A stretch of DNA of 11,260 bases from positions 1 to 11,260 of the forward strand of contig CAVZSV010000002.1 of assembly GCA_963778115.1 (NCBI GenBank). The letters run 5' to 3'. The stretch's first letter is position 1; each line of letters opens with the position of its first letter. The position numbers were made by a program, and so were the translations under genes. The stretch comes from an uncultured delta proteobacterium. Its GTDB lineage: Bacteria > Bdellovibrionota > FAC87 > UBA2466. The notes below the pieces were generated by a model. The model saw only the letters and a list, made by a program, of their open reading frames with translations. It did no database searches and was not told where the DNA came from. Shown here piece after piece: positions 7,132 through 11,260 of this stretch.

Positions 7132-7479
7132 ATGTTCAAAAAACTAAGTATAGCGTTTCTCTTGGCGCTAACGATGTTGTCTCTTCCATCCGAATCTCTT
7201 GCGGGGCGGGGGCCTGGCAATGCGATGCGAGCGGGTTCTTTGCACGGGGGCGGAACGTACTACCGTGGAGGGAGAGGTTATTATGGGGGCTACTATCGTG
7301 GTGGTGGCTACTACGGCGGTGGCGGCTACGGCTACGTTGGGATTAGCGTCGGAGTGGGACGTCCTTACGGTTACGGTGCCTATGGCGTCTATCGTCGTGG
7401 CGTTGGATGTCGAGGCATCCGACGTGGTGGTGTTGCCTACCGGCGATTTGGATGTCGCGGCGGCCGCAGAGTCTGCTAA
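7132..7479 (+). CDS. Secreted Gly/Tyr/Arg-rich low-complexity small protein
   Basis: An SD (GAGGA) lies at 7120-7124. The Sec-type signal MFKKLSIAFLLALTMLSLPSESLA is followed by a mature region of ~91 aa made of GGYY/RGG motifs with 3 Cys and no acidic residues. Confidence 0.8.
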   Translation: MFKKLSIAFLLALTMLSLPSESLAGRGPGNAMRAGSLHGGGTYYRGGRGYYGGYYRGGGYYGGGGYGYVGISVGVGRPYGYGAYGVYRRGVGCRGIRRGGVAYRRFGCRGGRRVC

Positions 7480-7497
7480 GTCTCATCACGACTTAAA

Positions 7498-7558
7498 AGG
7501 AAAAATCCCCCTAAGCTTTGACTAGTGGTAGAACTTGAGGCTAGGGGGGATTTTTCCT
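7498..7558 (+). promoter_or_regulatory. Inverted repeat (14-bp perfect stem) covering the aat ribosome-binding site
   Basis: AGGAAAAATCCCCC (7498-7511) pairs with GGGGGATTTTTCCT (7545-7558). The ATG begins at 7559. Confidence 0.65.
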
Positions 7559-8176
7559 ATGCCAGAACTCACTCCTGAATTGTTGGTCAAAGCCTATGCC
7601 AATGGCTATTTTCCCATGGCGGAGCCGAAAACGGGCGAAGTGTCCTGGTACCGACCTGATCCGCGCGCTATTCTTCCTTTAGATCAATTTCACGTTTCTC
7701 GCTCCCTTCAGAAAGTTATCGATCGCGGGCACTTTAGGATCTCTTTTGATAAAGCCTTTGAATCCACGATGCGCCTTTGTGCCAATCGCGGGGGAAAGAC
7801 AAAGGACTTCGAAAAACAATCCGAGGCCACTTGGATTAGTGAAGAGTTCGTTCAGGTCTACTCCCAATTGGCGAATTTAGGTTTCGCTCACTCGGTGGAA
7901 GTTTGGCAGGATAATATTCAGGTAGGGGGAGCTTATGGGGTTGCCATTCGAGCGGGTTTTTTTGCGGAGTCGATGTTTCATCGGGAAAGTAACGCTTCAA
8001 AGGTCGCCCTTTTCCATCTCTTACAAAGGCTAAAGCAAGGGGGGTATCAGTTATTTGAAGTTCAGTTTTTGACTCCTCATCTAAAATCTTTAGGAGCCAT
8101 TGAAATTTCGGGAAAGGACTACGATCGAATGCTCGAGCAGGCGCTTTCTGCGAATGCTTTTTTTTCCGATGGCTAA
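7559..8176 (+). CDS. aat: Leucyl/phenylalanyl-tRNA--protein transferase
   Basis: It contains LLVKAYANGYFPM, WYRPDPRAILP, HVSRSL, TWI, AHSVEVW, GGAYGV, FFAESMFH, NASKVA and QFLTPHLKSLGA. ATG 7559, with a G-rich SD at 7543-7550, is preferred over TTG 7535. Confidence 0.96.
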   Translation: MPELTPELLVKAYANGYFPMAEPKTGEVSWYRPDPRAILPLDQFHVSRSLQKVIDRGHFRISFDKAFESTMRLCANRGGKTKDFEKQSEATWISEEFVQVYSQLANLGFAHSVEVWQDNIQVGGAYGVAIRAGFFAESMFHRESNASKVALFHLLQRLKQGGYQLFEVQFLTPHLKSLGAIEISGKDYDRMLEQALSANAFFSDG

Positions 8177-8302
8177 GGCAAATCAAATCATACCGTCGCA
8201 AAATGATAACCATCGAGGAAAACCGCGGCACTTTCTGTTAAGCATTTGTCGCAATCTTAATAAGATCTTGAAGCTTTCCTAGGAGAATAGCCCTTTTTTT
8301 GC

Positions 8303-8318
8303 TGGCACTTTTCTTGCT
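8303..8318 (+). promoter_or_regulatory. Sigma54 (-24/-12) promoter for the hemerythrin-domain gene
   Basis: TGGCAC-TTTTC-TTGCT matches the consensus TGGCAC-N5-TTGCW exactly. An SD (AGGAGG) lies at 8342-8347. Confidence 0.8.
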
Positions 8319-8351
8319 TTCTTTACTCTGACCCGTTTTTCAGGAGGCGAG

Positions 8352-8861
8352 ATGCCGATAGAGATCACAAGAAACCCAAGAGAAGACCATCACCGCATAC
8401 AAATAGCCGAGCTTCTTTCCTCGGATCACAACCGGATTCGACAGCTCCTGGACCGGAGCAATTACCCCAATGAGCGCATCATGGCTTCTGGGGATCCCCT
8501 CTTTCAGGAGCTGCGGGAAATGATTGAGGCCTATACTCTTGCCGAAGAACAGATCGTGTATCGGCAAGTCGCGGAAGATGAGTCGGCCTTTGGATTTATT
8601 GAAGACTTAAGAGATCATCACTCCAAAATTGAGGGACTGCTTGTCCAACTCGATTTCGAACGTTTGGGATCGGGGGCTTGGGGCGAGAGTTACGCGCAGC
8701 TCAAGGAAGAGGTGGCCATCCATATTCGAGAAGAAGAGGAACGATTGTTTCCTTTATTAAGCGAGCTTTTTTCTTCCGAAGAGCGTTATGCTTTGGGGGT
8801 TCTTTTCTGTGGTGTCAAAGATCGCATCGGTCTACACCGATCGCTTGTGAGAGTGGCATAG
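8352..8861 (+). CDS. Hemerythrin HHE cation-binding domain protein
   Basis: It contains LLSSDHNRIRQLL, AYTLAEEQIVY, DHHSKIE and HIREEEERLFP, and has a strong SD. Confidence 0.85.
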   Translation: MPIEITRNPREDHHRIQIAELLSSDHNRIRQLLDRSNYPNERIMASGDPLFQELREMIEAYTLAEEQIVYRQVAEDESAFGFIEDLRDHHSKIEGLLVQLDFERLGSGAWGESYAQLKEEVAIHIREEEERLFPLLSELFSSEERYALGVLFCGVKDRIGLHRSLVRVA

Positions 8862-8874
8862 ATTTTCAAATAAT

Positions 8875-9522
8875 TTATTGGCTCTGAGACGACGAACTTC
8901 TAGTACGGCGAAATGCGCTGAGCGAAAAGGGAAATCCTAGTTTTTTCGCCAGTGCGATCACTCTAAGTGAGATCACCCAGAAAAAAAAGAGCACGGCACT
9001 GGGAACCATTTCGCAGAGCAGAATCTCCGTCCAAAACTTCGCGGAAAAGATCGAAAATGCTAAATGGCCGTCTTGAATGAGATCCATCGTAATAAAAATT
9101 CGAAAAGGGAAAGTAAAACCATAGGACGAAAGCGGCCAGAGCAAAGGAACGGCGGGTTCGTAGTCAAAGGAGTTAAAGTGGCCCAAGCCGTCTAAGAAAA
9201 CGTGGCTTACTACTAGCATGGCTGAAATGGTCCACCGCTGCCACGGATTTTGAGTGAATAGTTTCGCTTTGGCGAACATCCAGGCGGTGAGTGCGGTAAA
9301 ACCGATGATGCTAAAGATATTATGTCCCCACGCTCGGTGGGTATCGGCCAGATGGCCCTTCCACAGAAGGCCTGGAATGATATCCAAATCGGGGAGGTTG
9401 CAAGCAATGACAGCGATGGCGATTAGCAGCAGCTTTTGTCTGCCAGTTCGGGCCTCTTTTTGAGGGGGAGAGGCCAAAAGACAAGAGGTCGGAAGAAGCG
9501 CATGAACAAAGGAACTCGGCAT
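8875..9522 (-). CDS. YdjM-like inner-membrane metal-dependent hydrolase
   Basis: It has an N-terminal His (FVHA), LPDLD, HRAWGHN, SHVFLD and LLWP, plus several transmembrane segments. Confidence 0.88.
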   Translation of the reverse strand: MPSSFVHALLPTSCLLASPPQKEARTGRQKLLLIAIAVIACNLPDLDIIPGLLWKGHLADTHRAWGHNIFSIIGFTALTAWMFAKAKLFTQNPWQRWTISAMLVVSHVFLDGLGHFNSFDYEPAVPLLWPLSSYGFTFPFRIFITMDLIQDGHLAFSIFSAKFWTEILLCEMVPSAVLFFFWVISLRVIALAKKLGFPFSLSAFRRTRSSSSQSQ

Positions 9523-9555
9523 AGGGACGAATTTATATCATAAACAGAACCTGGA

Positions 9556-9584
9556 TTGAAGATCGCCATTTTCGTCACTAGAGT
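9556..9584 (+). promoter_or_regulatory. Putative sigma70 promoter TTGAAG-N17-TAGAGT placing +1 at the ATG 9592 (leaderless)
   Basis: The -35 is at 9556-9561 and the -10 at 9579-9584, 7 nt before the ATG. Confidence 0.5.
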
Positions 9585-9591
9585 AGGCCCA

Positions 9592-10485
9592 ATGAGGGTC
9601 TATTCAGAGTTATCCCAGCTACCGGCCAATTTCGACAAGAACGCTTTGGTTTCGATGCCTTATCCAAAGATCTTCTTGATGTGCCCCCCCGATCATTTTC
9701 AGGTGGTGGATGTAAAAAATGAGTTCATGGAGGGGAACCAGGGGAATGTTGACGCGGGGCTAGCAAGAACTCAATGGGAAAAACTAGCCGAGACCTTCAC
9801 TGAATTGGGAATTAAGGTCGAGACTATCGATGCTCAGCCGGGCCTGGAAGACATGGTGTTTTGTGCTAACCAAACTTTTATAGGGCTTTCCCAACAGAAG
9901 CGGGTTTGTGTTCCTAGCCATATGAGGTTTCCCTCGCGCCGAAAAGAGGTCCCCTGGTTTGAGTCCTGGTTTTCTCGAAACGGGTATGAGATCAAAAAAA
10001 TGGCATCCCGGGAAGTGGTGTTCGAAGGAGGGGGTGACATCTTATGGCACCCCGGTCGAGGTTTGATTTGGGGGGGAGTCGGTCCAAGGACCGATGGCAA
10101 AGTCTATTCTGAAATGGCCTCTCTCTTTGAAGTCCCGATCATTGAGTTAAATCTCGTGAATCCCAGTTTTTACCATTTAGATACTTGCTTTGCCGCTCTT
10201 AGTGAAAATACGGTTTTAATCTATCCGGAGGCTTTTGATAACGAGGGACTAAACTTGATCCAACATCTTTTCTCCGATGTGATTACTGTTTCTGAAAAAG
10301 AAGCCAGAGAAAACATGGCATGTAATGCGACCGGCGTTAACGGCACCGCCGTGGTTTTGCAGGCAGGCGCGCAAAAAACGGTGAGTGAATTGAAGCTAAG
10401 GAATTTTGAAGTTCGCGAAGTCGACACGGGAGAGTTCATGAAGTCCGGTGGCAGTGTGTTTTGTTTGAAGATGGCTATTTTCTAA
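9592..10485 (+). CDS. Amidinotransferase/DDAH (pentein) superfamily enzyme resembling the ArgZ arginine dihydrolase domain
   Basis: It contains FLMCPPDHF, DMVFCAN, FEGGGD, FYHLDTCF, ACNA and EFMKSGGSVFCL, giving an intact Glu-His-Cys triad. ATG 9592 is preferred over TTG 9556. Confidence 0.9.
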   Translation: MRVYSELSQLPANFDKNALVSMPYPKIFLMCPPDHFQVVDVKNEFMEGNQGNVDAGLARTQWEKLAETFTELGIKVETIDAQPGLEDMVFCANQTFIGLSQQKRVCVPSHMRFPSRRKEVPWFESWFSRNGYEIKKMASREVVFEGGGDILWHPGRGLIWGGVGPRTDGKVYSEMASLFEVPIIELNLVNPSFYHLDTCFAALSENTVLIYPEAFDNEGLNLIQHLFSDVITVSEKEARENMACNATGVNGTAVVLQAGAQKTVSELKLRNFEVREVDTGEFMKSGGSVFCLKMAIF

Positions 10486-10778
10486 TGGGAACTGTTATCG
10501 AATGCAGAGTGGGTTGTGGCGCTTGCTGTATCGCCCCTTCCATCTCAAGTCCTCTTCCAGGTCTTCCCAACGGGAAACCGGCTGGAGTTCGCTGTTTGCA
10601 TTTGACTGACGACGATCGTTGTCGGCTCTGGGGGACCACTGACTATCCCAAGGTGTGCCAGCGGTTTCAGCCACAGCTTTGGATTTGCGGTCGAGATAAA
10701 GAAGAGGCTTTGATTAATATTTCCGCATTAGAGCGTCTCACAGCGCCTGCTAAAGAGGCATTCCAAACCAAAGCATGA
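10485..10778 (+). CDS. YkgJ family cysteine-cluster (zinc/iron-chelating, putative Fe-S) protein
   Basis: It contains CRVGCGACCIAPSISS, GKPAGVRCLHL, CRLWG and PKVC. The ATG at 10485 overlaps the upstream stop codon (TAATG). Confidence 0.9.
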   Translation: MGTVIECRVGCGACCIAPSISSPLPGLPNGKPAGVRCLHLTDDDRCRLWGTTDYPKVCQRFQPQLWICGRDKEEALINISALERLTAPAKEAFQTKA

Positions 10779-11260
10779 CGCTTCCCGAAGCGAGCGCGTC
10801 GGCAAAATAAGTCGTCTTGAGATCTCCGCTAACAAAAGTATCCGTTTCGTAGCTCACCGAGAGAAAAGTCTCGTCGCGAAAAGTGTAGGTGAGCTCCGGG
10901 GCTGCCCAGGCGGCGTAGCGCCAGCTGTCATTGAAGCGCGCGTTGGGAAGAAACTTCCCGTATCGGGCTTGTCTGACGAAGAAGGGAAGAAAGAGATCCA
11001 GATGTTTTGAAAACTTAACGTCCATGGCGAAACGTAGCCTTTGATCGAAAGTTCGGCTGGCCTTTAAGGTTCCCCAAGGAGAGAGGTAGCCGCCCATGCG
11101 ATACCTATTAAGGGTGAGGGTATGGCGAAGGCTAAATTGAACGGGAGCACCGCTATCGGTTGCGACTCGGAAAATACTTTGCGCACTTCCAATCCAGTCG
11201 GGATCGAAGTCTTGAGGATCGTAAGGAGCGTAGAGACGAAATTCATGACTAGCGGTAGGT
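10750..11260 (-). CDS. Hypothetical protein, probable outer-membrane beta-barrel, 5'-truncated by the window edge
   Basis: The frame of ORF 10750..11097 stays open to the window end (PTASHEFRLYAPYDPQDFDPDWIGSAQSIFRV...FSLRHTLTLNRYRMGG). It has aromatic-rich alternating segments such as FDQRLRFAMDVKF, APELTYTF and FLSVSYET. Confidence 0.6.
   Translation of the reverse strand, partial: PTASHEFRLYAPYDPQDFDPDWIGSAQSIFRVATDSGAPVQFSLRHTLTLNRYRMGGYLSPWGTLKASRTFDQRLRFAMDVKFSKHLDLFLPFFVRQARYGKFLPNARFNDSWRYAAWAAPELTYTFRDETFLSVSYETDTFVSGDLKTTYFADALASGSVMLWFGMPL

Noticed and set aside
7477..7495. Small hairpin TAAGTC-N7-GACTTA at the stop of the GYR-rich gene
   Set aside because: The 6-bp AT-rich stem has no U tract and is too weak to call a terminator.
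7044..7525. Alternate-frame ORFs 7044..7346 and 7199..7525
   Set aside because: They are by-products of the low-complexity Gly-codon region. Only 7132..7479 has both an SD and a signal peptide.
11064..11246. 60-aa hydrophobic ORF on the minus strand
   Set aside because: It lies inside the longer open frame that runs off the window edge and has no independent support.

Overview
This is a gene-dense bacterial window of roughly 50% GC. A Bdellovibrionota or deltaproteobacterial origin is a plausible inference from gene content. It holds 12 protein-coding loci: a VanY-like M15 D,D-carboxypeptidase (-, runs off the left edge and is absent from the ORF track), a PafA-type alkaline phosphatase split by a +1 frameshift near 1830, a penicillin-binding transpeptidase (-), a signal-peptide-bearing M3 metallo-oligopeptidase (-), an RtxC-like membrane desaturase, a secreted Gly/Tyr/Arg-rich small protein, aat, a hemerythrin HHE protein, a YdjM-like metal hydrolase (-), a stand-alone ArgZ-like guanidino hydrolase coupled to a YkgJ Cys-cluster gene, and a 5'-truncated probable beta-barrel protein (-). 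The most notable signals are non-coding. There are two sigma54-type promoters with candidate enhancer sites, upstream of the GYR-rich and hemerythrin genes. A 12-bp degenerate tandem array overlaps a 16-bp palindrome. A 14-bp perfect stem covers the aat ribosome-binding site, and several genes appear leaderless. No tRNA, rRNA, CRISPR or mobile element was seen. All family calls come from motif recognition, not database searches.
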